Shown here in pieces: positions 12,360-25,400 of a DNA stretch of 64,000 nucleotides. Made by a program: the position numbers and the translations under genes. The stretch is from Ascidiella aspersa. Taxonomy: Eukaryota. The notes beneath the pieces were generated by a model. That model did no database searches and was not told where the DNA came from. It worked only from the letters and a program-made list of their open reading frames with translations. The stretch spans positions 6,944,001-7,008,000 of the forward strand of contig OZ004607.1 in the NCBI GenBank assembly GCA_963924565.1, read 5' to 3'. Positions within the stretch are counted from its first letter, which is position 1, and the number at the start of each line of letters is the position of its first letter.

Positions 12360-14099
12360 TCTTATTTACGTTACATTATTTATGTAATTATAGCACGTAT
12401 TAGTAGTTTAGGCTGCAGTACAGTTTCTTCTTAAAAACCCTTTTCAAATTGAATGGTTTTCGTAGATATATTGTCGAACTAAATAATGTCAAGTCTTGTT
12501 GTACATATTTATCGAGCGAAATATGCTTTCTGTGTTCCATATACTCGTACAATATGTGTGTGTTTTTTGCAAATGAGCGTAAATAAATGCAACGAAACGG
12601 AGAATTTGCCAACCAAAATAGTAAGCGCGGTAAGGTGCTTTCCTGACATTCCTTGGAGCACTGGTTGTAAACTTATTGTACACGAACCCCATTGGAATTC
12701 GATGACATTTTATGCAGTACGTAGCACGCAGTTCGTAAGCAGCTTATAGTATTTAAGCGAATTTAGGAAAATTAACGGAAACACACAATAAGACCTACAA
12801 CGCAACAATATCTAAAGCAGAAAACACTATAAAACCATAGTATTAAGACCAGCAAGATAATAAAGCCAAATATGCAGTAACATCTACGACACAATGAAAA
12901 CTCATTTGTCTGAATAAGGCCTAAACCTTTCGGAATAAGTCCTAAATATAACGGAAGAAGACCTATAGACTAAATAACACCTAAATCTGTATATAGAAGA
13001 GCGTATGGGACGTTTGGGGAACTCCTGTCTGACATCGGTCGTTTTGTGTCGACGTTTACCATTAGGCGCTTTATTAGAACGGCGCCGCTGTTATGGATTT
13101 GTTTGCGCCTGTTTAGGGTTAGGGTTGAAATTATTACGCGATTCGTGATGAAGTTAGGAGTGTGGTTTGGCGTAATACACGTTATTTGGACTATTAGGTA
13201 TTAGTCTTGATTTGCTCCTATTTAGAACAGAGTTTTATTTCGACGTAGTCATTGTTCTAATTTCGTTTTTTTAGCCATTTGTTAACTTATATGTTTTTTG
13301 GGTTACAATAATTTGTCTTGTAGTATGCGGCCAGTGTAGGTTGAGTATCTGAGTATCTCTGGCTTGAAGCGAAACAATTTCCATTTTGCACATTTAATCG
13401 ATAATGATGTTTTAATGACACTACTTTCTGAGCAATGTTTATTACAAATGTCCGTGACAAAGCGGTTTAGCGGGAAAGATCGTGGCAAATTTCAATTACA
13501 CTACGAAGTAATTTGTTGCCGTATAAATGATACAAAAATAGAAATAGCACAGATTTCACAACTAGAAATTTCGGTTCATAGAGTTTGAAAAATTTTATTT
13601 CAAGCAATATTGAAACACCATTGCCCAGGTGAATGCTTGGCACTTTACAGGACTTTAATTTTTTCATCTGCTGGTATAGTTCCTAGAGACAACGTAAATG
13701 TACTACATTTAAAATAGTTTCTTACAGCTGGGTTGCTGGTATTACAAAAACGACCGTAAAACGGCCTTGTCATTCCGGGAAAAAAAAAACGTTTGTGCGT
13801 AATACACCCGCTAAAAAGACTTTGCCTGTCGATAAGCGAATAAATATGCTGTGTAGACGCTGGGGAAGTACAAAGCGAGTCTTGTCAGCTCATGCGTAAT
13901 CACATGGGCAGAAAATTTATTTTCGAGACATATCTTGTTTTTCCCGTTTTTCTTTTTTGGTTTACTATAGTTTACTATGATATATTTTAGATCGATTTTT
14001 GTACGAAGGTTTACAGAAAAAGTATATATCATAGACCTTTAATATTTTCAGACATGACGTAGAGTGAGTGGTAGAGGTTTCTGAGTCTGCACCCCTAGG

Positions 14100-14241
14100 C
14101 AGTATTACTTCTAAGAAAATTTTCCACTGCGCAAATCTTTTTTTCTAGTGAAAGATTTTTTAATGTTTAGTTTGATAACAATATAAGTGCGCAAAACGCA
14201 AATTTTGCGCAGTTGCGCACCTTGGCTTAGAGGGAACACTG
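14100..14241. mobile_element. hAT-type MITE
   Basis: CAGTATTACTTCTA / TAGAGGGAACACTG; perfect TSD CCCCTAGG. Confidence 0.75.
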
Positions 14242-15069
14242 CCCCTAGGGGGCTTTGATTTAAAATATTGTTACGTTATCGTTTTAGCTCTCTGTAGCTC
14301 TCGACTCATATCTAATTTGGCGTTGTTTCAACGGATTGGTTAATAGGTAGTTTTCAGCGTGACCGTGCATACCAGTAGTTCATATTTGTTTGTTTGTCCT
14401 TATTTGTAACGTTTCGGCTAACTATCTAGAAAGCCTTCATCAAGGAATGAAACCCATCTCGCCAAACATGCTAAGTTGGATAACACAAATAAGTCTGGTA
14501 GGAACAGGATATTAACAATAGATAGCTGCCCAGAAAATAGTGTATAATATGGATAGATGCGGGCACATCATATTTCATAACTTAATACCTGATAAAAAGT
14601 AATTAAGCCAGGTAAGGCACGCAGTGATTTGCGATTTTACTTTGCATTTAGTACGCCTCGTTATAAAACTTTAATTTAAACAAATAATAAAAATTGCCTC
14701 ATCGGCATTATTTTTTTTAAACCATCCGTGCTTTTGCATTAAGGTTTGCGAAAGCGTTTGACTTCGTTTGGCGTTTAAGGATTAGTATTATTATTTCGAA
14801 CTCGAACAGTTTTACTTTTTTTCGGGATTTATCCCCTTATCCAGGGGTGGGTAATTAGGGCCGGGTAAAAAAGGGAATCTTAAATATACATATTATAAGA
14901 TGTGATCTATAAAACAAAGCTTTAAATATCTTTGTTTTGGCAAGATGATGAAAGGAGAAATAGTTAAAGATGCCTTATAAATATAACATATTTAATTAAA
15001 TCGCAAAAAATAAAAAAAAATGTGTGGGGAACATTTTGTGCGCGCTGAACGACTTTGTCATTTATTATT

Positions 15070-15435
15070 ACGCTGAAACAACAAAATAGAAAGACTTGAT
15101 CATAAAAACAAACATAGAAATCGTCGGTAATGTCTTTGCATACTCACAACGGTATATAACGAAGCGCGCACATAACAGTAAGAATTTAACAAATCATTGT
15201 CAACACCAGTTCCAAACAGGAGAGTTACAGGATCGTTTTGCAAGGAAATTAAAAGTTTTGAGAAAATCAAGATGTTATTTCTTCCCAATGACTTTCAATA
15301 TGAAGACAATGATAAAATATGTGCGAAATAGTTTCAGGGGCATTTCGACAGAAAACACCTTAGTCGGAGTCAGTTTTACCAAAGGAGTGTAATGCTTCGT
15401 TTGTTACTATCGCACACAGGTGCAGAACGACTTTT
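15070..15435 (-). mobile_element. Older decayed Tx1/L1-clade LINE ORF2 fragment (zinc-knuckle region)
   Basis: IVTNEALHSFGKTDSD*GVFCRNAPETISHIFYHCLHIESHW ... LLFG ... FLLLCARFVIYRCEY, with stops and frameshifts. Confidence 0.68.
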
Positions 15436-15786
15436 TTTTTTTTTTTTTTTTTACAATAAAGCAAGTGCGAAAGAAAAAAAAGAGGCGAGATAAAACACAT
15501 GTCAGAAAGCGACGAATTAGCAGGAAGGCATTAAAATACAGTTGGGGATTCGGAGTAACATGAAGTGAGCGTTAAAATAGCCCTTGCCACTTGCAAAGAA
15601 AGTCGTTAATTTTATAATTACGAATGGCGATAAGAGATAAGATGTTCCGATTTCTGAACAGATTTAACCATATTTAGGAACATATTGAAATTCGGCACGG
15701 ATTCGGCGTACTTACAGCGGTAAATTACGAAACGCGCACACAACAACAAACAATTCAAAAGGGTTTCAGATTGATCTGTCACAATA
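15436..15786 (-). mobile_element. 5'-truncated Tx1/L1-clade LINE with poly(A) tail and TSD
   Basis: Encodes LLNCLLLCARFVIYRCKYAESVPNFNMFLNMVKSVQKSE, resembling the ORF2 C-terminus. T-run of about 21 nt at 15432-15452 is poly(A) on the minus strand. TSD TGCAGAACGACTTTT at 15421-15435 and 15787-15801. Confidence 0.75.
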
Positions 15787-16464
15787 TGCAGAACGACTTT
15801 TCGAATTACTTCGAGGATTTTCAGGTTGTTTAGCGCCACCTTACGATACACACTTTTTATGGACTAGGTTGCCCTCACACTGGTCGTTATGTTTTCTCTA
15901 CCTATAAATAGACCTCACCGAGACTTACAGTAGTATCTAACGGTATCTACTGCTCGGCTTAAAGGCAAGAGATTTTAACATGTACTGAAACCACCTCAAT
16001 TTTGCGGATTAGCTAAAAATTACGTTGTTAACGGCTAAAAATAACGTGGCTAAATATTCACCTAATAACAACATTTATGTTTTCTTCTATAAACAGGATT
16101 CAGAAATCGATTTATTTTTATTCAGACGAGGAAATGAGTGTTTTGCCCTTGTAATCTGTTTAGTTCCTAATGAAAGTTGCACGGTTTCAAAATCCGACAG
16201 ACTCCAAGTTGAGATCATCGTCAGTAAATTAAATCAAGCCGAAATAGAAGCGGGCTGGGAAAGTCGCGCTTTCTGTGACGTCAGACAATAAATTGTGCCT
16301 TAGGCGTGCGAGCGTTTGTGCCTCTATTTTGGGTTGCTTTTGATCGGGCTGTTTTACGGCACGAGCCAGCTTCGAGACTAATAATGCAAGTGCTGTTTTG
16401 ATCTCTCGCAGAAACGTAAAGCGTATAAAACTTTAAAACGAAACTGTGTAGGTTCGCTGAAAAG

Positions 16465-19400
16465 ATGGCCGCACTCTGTCGTCGAAAAGACAGAAAAACT
16501 TCAGCACCGAACTTTGCAGGGTAAGTCATTAATTAAAAACATTTGACTTGTGCTGTGCTGTGCTGATAAAACTTAACAAACCCGAGTTGCGCTTGTTAAA
16601 AATTATTTGTCTGTTGTTTAACCTGTAGTATCGACTTATGGACTATGTTTCAACATAAATATAAAAGTGAACGCATTAACGAACTTGTGCTGTTAACTTG
16701 GTTCGTTTTATCGCCTCTTTGCCGATAGGCTTGCGCCTTTAATATGCTTGTTTTTATTTTTTTATGACTTGATGAAGCACGGTGATAACAACACTTGTCT
16801 AAATGTAAATACAATATGTTAACAGATTGGCCTTTTACAGTGTCACAGAAACAGTTTGGGTTACTTTAATAATGCGTACGGTCGGCTCTTATCGCATTTT
16901 AAAGTGTTTACGATATAGAATTTTAACGATAGGTTCAGGCGAATCCAGACAAAGCTTAACTTTTGTTTTGACGCAGACTTCTCATAACGATCGGGTTGTT
17001 GTCCATCATCAGCTGTGTGGATGCAGTTTGTCCAGACGGTAAGCTGTTTTAATTTTATTCGGGCAAAGAAGCTGTTTACATCCATTAAACTATTTTCGCT
17101 GGTGGTTTTATGCGTGTGCAAATCCTTTTGAACATAAATTTTAAGCTATAATTCCTAATATAAATAGTTCTAATTGAAATCTTGCATATATTTGGACATC
17201 AGTAAGCTTCAGCTTGGTTTTTCCACTTTAGATCAATATTCCTCGTGGAATTATTTAGAGTAGAGTGTGGGGTGGTTTTACTCTTATTTTTATGTGATTT
17301 TACAGTTCACGATGAAGCTAAAAGTAAAAAGTCTCGTTCAAATTTGTGTTTAACTTAGGAGAAAAATACGGTGACAAAAGTTTTTGTACAGCTGAGGCAG
17401 GTCCTTGACATGGCTGACACAAAATTTATAATTTTTTTATGAACTTTGGGGGTTTATAGAAATGTCATGATGGGTATTTCCCGGGATGTTACCACGTGAT
17501 TTCCGGATTACCCAAAATGGAAAAAATCAAAGCTAAACAAACTCTAATTTTACTACTATATAGATATTTCCCCTAAAGCGCACTAATCATGTCACGACGT
17601 CCTCTATATGAGTGAAATATTCGTGCCATGATATCGTGCAGATCATTTTAATTTTTTTACTTTTAGATCAAGTTTTTATGCTGAATAATAGGTATTTTTA
17701 GTTAATCCGATTTTGAGCTGAATACGAATTAGGGCCTTTAGATTCACAGAACGTTAGATTTTTTTGAACTGTGCAGGTATACCCCTTAGTAAATGTGATT
17801 GTGACATCACAATTTATTCTTCAACCCTTGATTTTAAACAAAAACTCCTAATTTTAAACAAAAACAATATGCGATTAATGTAATTAACTAATGCAAATCG
17901 ACCTTATTCTCTATAACTGTAAGTTTTTATTGTTTTGTACAGCGTCGTATCGACGGGGAAAAGGATGGTTAATATTTTGCCAACTTTAGTTACCCGAATA
18001 CGTTAAATTGTTATACAACTTGCTCAAGCCTATCGCACCTTTTCGATAGAAATTTGAAAATAATAAAATAATATTTATATTCATCTTTGTGGTTCGTTTT
18101 TTAAATACTTTAACACGCGCCTGAAATAGCAAACATCCCGCCAACGCATCAGGCAAACGTAAGTGGGAGATAAATGTGTTATCAGAATTAGGTTTGCCCG
18201 TATACGACACAATAACGTCATGGTATAAGAGACTTTAAAAATTACTTTTCCCGACCAGACTTATGTGCAAATATTCAGGGAAATGGCGAGAGTGCCTTTG
18301 CGCAAAGGGAAAATTATTTAATTTAAGGAGGCGTAACGTTTGTTGACACGATCATTATTTATGCACTAATATTATGGCATTTAACAAGAAACCCAAGCTA
18401 ATACGCCCCTGTACGTATCAGCTGTTTTTATATTGAGAGATATAAATCTAAAAATATATATGGTCCACGAATAAGTTACATCGCATCCATGTCACTACCA
18501 CTGACATTTCATTTAAATCCAACAACTTTAATACTGACAATAGCGAGATTTGGTGAGGACCGTCATGGCGTTTTGGTCTATGTATAAGCCAATACTTGCG
18601 GTTATTAGTTCTAAGAATTCTTAAACGTCACATTGTTTTCGCCTTAATGTAAACATTAAGGTCCTAACACAGCTTTATCGTTTTCGAAACAAAAGTACTC
18701 GTCACTAAACGATTTCGAAGCAAATTTGTGTCAGAAAATCCATACCGAGTATCGCCCGCTTGTTAATCGCAAAAATTACTTTTCGGTAAATCAATGTTTT
18801 GGGCCTGTATAGTGTGCAGGTGGGTGATTGGACGCGGCGTGATCAGGGATTTTTTATACTGCGCATCTCTATACCGGTATATGCATAATTTTGGGCAGAA
18901 GTACGACTGATACCAAAATGACGTTTTTACGTTGCGAAAAAATTAATATCAATAACATTGAAACGTGAAAATGTTATGGGTTCAGGATACTAATTCAAAT
19001 TTTCTATAGCGCTATGAAACTTAGTTTCCTTCCATACTTCCTGAAACGTTTTCTTTTTAAGGTGTAGAAAAAGCTTTTGTGTCTCAAACAAATCAAAATC
19101 GCAACGTTTTGTCTCGAACCATAGATCAAATTCATTATTTCGTATAAGTTTGGCACTAATCAAGTATAGTTTTGAAAGAGGACCGTTTGCTCCGACTTGG
19201 CTTCGGGATTGGTTATAAACCGATATTATCGAACATACCTTTGTATGAGTTCATTAAGAAAGGCACGCAATACTATGCATGCAAAAAACTATATTTGTCA
19301 CTTGAAAAATTCAAATTGCCATCAAACAAAATATTTTGCTTAGTGCAAATGTTAAAGATAACCCCTAGATCTGGTTCTATAGCAAATTGGCGTGGTAAAA

Positions 19401-22400
19401 GCAACCCCATACATGGGGTTAACACTGGTTGTTTAATATATAACTTGTTTTCAGCGAATGATCCTTGCGACGATTGCGCTCCCTGGTGTAAGCAGTACAA
19501 GGATCTATGCAACGCCGAACCCCTAATCAGCACTTGCAGGAAAACCTGCGGTTTATGCCCGTCATCTCAAGGTAATCATTGCACTAGAGTTCGTCGATCA
19601 GGCAGCTGATTTCGCCATGCAGAATCAGGCTTTAACTATATTGTAAAATAGATCGTAAGATTGTAATAGTACTTAAGCGACAATTTCGTTAAGATATGTT
19701 TCCATATAACATCGGAGGGTGCAAATGTTCTAATTTAACATCAAACCTTTTTCCAAAACCAATTCCTTCGGCTGATCATAAGTTTTATGCTACACATCAG
19801 TTATATACAAAACTGATGTTGTTTTTTTGTGTGTGCTAATGGCTTTTTTGGGTAACTTTCGTAACGAGACTTATCTGGTGGCAGACAGATGCTGTCCCAG
19901 TCAATCTGCCTTTTGTACTTTCGGAGTGTTAAAGAGTCATCAACCTGACTATAAAAAACCGAACAACTTTGTGATAAAAAAGTGCTCTGACAATAGGCAG
20001 AAGTGTTCCTACAGAAAAGTCTCGTTTCTAGATTATTGCATTTACCTAGTTTAATTTTTACGGGTTGCATGATTAAAGTGAAGACAAAAAAGTGCAATTT
20101 TAAAGCTAATTGACCCAACTTGTCTACTCGTGTTTCCCGTAGTGTGCAAGGAAAAGAGATGCAGTCAGGAGTGTGTAGAACAGGACAACGGAACAACAGC
20201 CGTGTGCGCTTGTTGGGTCGGATATGAGTTGGGTCCTGATGGTGTCACTTGCAACGGTAATGAAAGACACACGCATACCGGTATATGTGTTTAATAGCAA
20301 CTGTAATCATGCCCCTCGGAAGCTGCTTTTTGACCAACGATTCCTGTATCATAATAGTACACCGAAAGGCCATACCTGATATGACCGGAGGTCGTGAGTT
20401 CGAACCTCACTGCAGTCTAGTTGTTTTTCTATCCTGCCCTTCTTGCATCATTGATCGACAGATTCGGCGAGTCTGCGATGGCTTTCGGTGTGCTATTGTA
20501 AGTTTGTAACAATAAGTTGTAGTCGTAAAATCCCAAACATCCGCAATCCTTACTACAAAGTTTTAAAAATAATTTACTAAAAACTTTATTGCATTTTCAA
20601 TTATTTTTATTCAGTTAATTTAAAACAAAACGTTTGTTCACTGTAACGAGTGCAATAGCCCACTTAGATGAATTAAATGACACATGTAGCCTATACTTGA
20701 GCCCAATTTGCAAAAAATAACCTGACTCATATTTAAGTCTTTGGGGCAAGTGGATCACAGCTGACTTAAATCATTTAAATAACCACTAAACTTTTATTAA
20801 AATCGATTGATCGAATTGATTAGAATGTTTTTAAAGCATATCTAAACTTTTTTCAAGCAACAACAAACATCATTAAAAGTTTAACAAATAATGAATAGAA
20901 ATATCTAAGTACGGTATATATACTCTTTTTTGCTCCTATTAGATGTGAACGAGTGTTTTTTGGGTGTGGACTGTGGCGACAGAATCTGTCACAATATAAA
21001 AGGAGATCACCTCTGTACAGTATGCACAGTTGCTAATCAGCAATTCAGAAACTACTACAATTCGAGTAATTGCTGTATCCCCAACCTATCAGGTTAGTAT
21101 CCCTAAGGCATTCAGCAAATTTTTGTTTCTTTAAATTAAATTGGCAGAACGTATGCCATTAATTTCGCTTTGTCAATGTGATCCAATTATCCAGCTAACG
21201 GTATTGTATTCCGAGGAAATGTGTTGCATGTTATTGCGTATAGTAGAAATCTTTTAAACTAATTATATCTAAATAAATGTGTTGTGATACACTTCGTCAC
21301 TTGCGTTATTCTTCACAGAGCAATGTGGCAAAAGTGTGCCAAGTGGCCGGATTATCGAAAAGAATCTATACTCGAGAAATTGGCCGTGGACGGTAAGCGT
21401 TGAAAATGTGTTGGTTTAAAGATTTTTGCCGGTAAATGTTTTTGTTTCGTGTTTTTGTACCGGTAATGTTTTATGCTTAACTATTGTATTACAAATTTGA
21501 ACTTAAAATTTGTCATGTTTCAAACTTAAACTCGCTTGGAATATCCCATTGTTAAATGTTGTATGATACTGACCATTAACGAGGTTAAACCAAAGTCGAA
21601 AATGTTATAGTTTCTAGCAACCTAACATACAGTAAGAATATTGTTAAATACAGGCGCTTTAGGCTATTTTAAATATTACCAAATGTTAAAACATCTACAC
21701 CAAAGGCAAAGGTAGAAAACAATTCTTACCGAAATTCATGAAAATTTCAGCGGTGACGTCATAAAGTTTAGTCTTAAAAGAAGATCTAAAACAAGTAACC
21801 TTAGGAAACCTGAGGTTGTCGTTCGATGTTGTGTACAGCTGAAAACTTAGTTTACGGAGATGGATGGATAGTCTGCTGTAAAAAGGTCATAACCTTGTAA
21901 AAAAGAACAAAATTAGATCTACTAATACGGCGTATCTGCGCCGTTCCACCATCAGTTATTTAATCGAAAAGCATTGCTTTAACATTTGATCTACGCCATG
22001 TTGGAGTTATCACAATTAACCGACAAATTGATGCTTTATCTTATTCTGCCTATTTGACACAGAAAAACGATACTATGGAAGAAAGTTATTTCATAAACCG
22101 CATAAGTATAGCTTCAATTCAGTAATATTTGTAATAACCGTACCGGTATTTATTAAATTCAAAAATGGAAGTCTGGAAGCAATATTGAATGTGTTGAACG
22201 GCAAATTGTTATATAATGATTGCAAGCCCTTGTACAATTGTTCGCGATGCGATTGATCAAATATTAAGGTTACCCTTTTTCCAGGCTCACATTAGCAACG
22301 GGAGTTTGACGTGCTCAGGAGTTCTCATATCACGCAACTGGGTCGCTTCTTCAGCACACTGTTTTCAGTAAGTTATATAGTATCCTATATAAAGGCAACA

Positions 22401-25400
22401 TTGGTGCTAAACAGATCTACAACTAAAGTAGAAGTAGCTGAAGCGTATTCGCTATTATTATCACATCAGTGCATGAAATGTTTTCGGAAAATGGCATTCA
22501 AAATAAGTCGAGTTGGACAAAAAATAATAAACTGGATATGCTGATGCTGTCAGGCACTGTATCAATTGTAAAGTTGTTCTTTCGGCAGTTAATAATAATC
22601 TGTATAAAAGAGCAACAAAAATATTTTTGAAAACATTTTGAAAACACGAAGACTCCAAATAAGACATAGACTTTAATAAGCAACTAATTTTAGTAAAAAA
22701 ATTGACGTGTAAAGATTTCTTTGACAATATCTTTAGTGATAAGCAAACCTTGACATGTACATATTTCTTTAATTTATTTGCAATACACTTAAAAATGATT
22801 TTGTAATAAAAAATTATTATGTTTTTCGAATATCAGTAATAAACATTTTTTTACTATTTGCATTCCAATTTGAAAAAAATGTTATTAACAGGGAGACGTT
22901 TAAGATGGCTCTCCTATTTTTGACATGTAAAATGTTGTCGGATGCCATTTAAATAAAAATTCGATCATAGAACGACAAAAAATAGAAGAATATGGTAAAC
23001 GATTTTGCGCATTTTGGAAACGATTTTGATTATTAATTTTGACGGCTTGTGACATGACATGGAAATTTTACATAATTTCGATTTGTTTTTGCCAATCAAA
23101 ACATGTTCGTCTTAGTAATCATTAATCACGTGTACATTGGGTGAATGAAGTCATTACCCGTCGGCAGAACATAATTAGGTATTTTGTACCGATATATTGT
23201 TTTTTTGCGTAGATCGATGATCAAAGACTTGAAACAAGTCACAGTTCGTATTGGAATTTCTGACCCGAGCATTGGATTTGTTCACGGGCAAATATTCTCC
23301 GTGGAAGAGGTACACATAATCACGCGTTCGCATATTGATACCTTTATAAATTTTAGTTCATAGTTACGGGAGTAGGCCTTTATGTTTAACAAAAATATTA
23401 ACCACGGGATATTTATTGACAATAATAAAGTCTTTACAACAACAAAAAATAGAAATCTTTACAAGAAACATACGAGAAATTTTGCCAAGTCAGCCGATTC
23501 TCTGTATTTTTTTACTTCGGGCATTTTTGCACTCTTGGCAAACTCTATAGCAGTGGTTCGCAACCTTTTTCTTCTCACGACCCCCAGAGAAAAGACAAAC
23601 GACCCACCCGGGGGTCGCGACCCCCAGGTTGAAAACCACTGCTCTATAGCCTAGAACTTTTTAGTTTTTTACTTTTTAGAAATAGTAGCTTTCCACCTAC
23701 CACTCGGTATGCTCGTGAAACCAAAATCTTTACAAGAAAAAAACTAGAAATGTTGCCAAGTCAGCTTCTTGACTGACACTCTGTATTTTGCTTTCTTCGG
23801 GCATTTTTGCATTGTTGGCAAACCCTATAGCCTAGAACTTTTTAGCTAGACAAATTATTCCTATCGGTAAAACAGTAAAGATTTTTAAACAAATATGAAA
23901 AATTTTTAAATGGCAGTACGTGAGGAATCCGAATTGGACAGGGGTGGCGGCTTTCAACGACGTCGTCCTGCTGCGTCTCTCAAAAGCAGCAATTTACTCC
24001 GATTACGTACGCGCAATTTGTCTCCCCGGCGGGGAAACACCGGTCACAGGAGAGAGATGCGTTGCGACAGGATTCGATATGAGTAAGTGACCAACGTATC
24101 TACTTCAGGGTAATGTGGGGCAGGAGTTTAATGTTTAGTTGAAGTTTCTGACTCTCGCTTTAAGGTTGCTTGAAGGTTGCGTGCGTATAACTCGTTAGCC
24201 AACCACAAGACGTATAGTTTATTAGAATTGTATTATCTGATAAGCGAACAACCAGTTAAACTATAGAAGGCGGACAAGTTAGCATATAGGAGATGCTACT
24301 TGCAATATCAAAGTTGCGAACAGCAAGACGATAACTGAGAAGAAGTCTTTCTTTTACAAGCGGAAGGCGGTCTTAAGTACACAAATCCCTGAGCTGACAG
24401 CACAGAGATAATGCAAGCCAGTAACTACTTTGCACTTTGGAGCGAGTAGGCAATAAATCTGTGGCATAAGCAAATACATCACAAAAGTTACTGTAAACAC
24501 AATCTCTTAGTCGGTAAATTATAGTCGTGCGCTACAGTAACCCTATTTGACTTTATACTTTATTGGTATTGCAACTGGCATTTGTGAATTTTGTCCAAGC
24601 CGTACATTTTAGCCTAATACTTTGTTGCCATAGGACCGGGTTGAATGATTTATGACCCGACATATAGGACACATTTAAGTCACTCTTTTCAAATTACTTG
24701 ACCTCACTGAAGTATATACGACCAACAACTCGACTCTTTTTCTGAATAAATACAATAAGTATTCTATTACCCCAACTGTGTCTAAGTTTCCAGCTTTTTT
24801 TCAGTTTTCGACATTTGCTAAGCTAACTAGTTTTTTTGGAAATAGGGTAATATCGTTTATTACAACAATCTAAAATTTATTTTGTAATACAAATGACATG
24901 TGCTTGACTTACAATGGCAATGTCTTCTACTGGGGCTGGACTTGCACTGGTATTATAGGTACTTCGCAAATTATTTGCCTTATATTTAGTCATTTTAAAG
25001 CGTACATTCAGGCTATTTCTGTTCTAAGGCAATTCAAATCAATTTGTCAGCCGTTAACATTAGGTTTCCTATTAGTATATTTCAGCAATACCATTTCGTA
25101 AAAGTGGCTTGTTTTGTCCCCCTTCGGCCCTAGATCTATGGTTGCAAATGTTTAAACATTTATTGTGGAAATAGGTCAGTTTGTAAACAAGCTACAATGA
25201 CAAATGGTAGTTTTTCAATCGGAACAAGCTTGGAATTTTGACGAATAATGGTTGAAGGCTGTAGTAATACGTAATAAGAATATCAAAGGCATATAGAAGT
25301 AGGAAACATTTTGAACGTTTCGAAGAACTCTTTATACGTTTTCAACATCGCATGAAAGTGTTTTGGTAAAACCTGTAAGAGGCAGCTACTTTTTAAATTA

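Noticed and set aside
12400-13700. Decayed CR1/L2-like LINE 3' fragments on the minus strand
   Set aside because: There is only faint peptide resemblance, with no TSD or clear motif. BLASTX would be needed to support it.
13017-16283. NF-kB-like (GGGGAACTCC at 13017, GGGATTTATCCC near 14824) and CRE (TGACGTCA at 16276) sites upstream of gene B
   Set aside because: Short motifs expected by chance, and TGACGTCA is frequent inside local MITEs. Conservation or ChIP evidence is needed.
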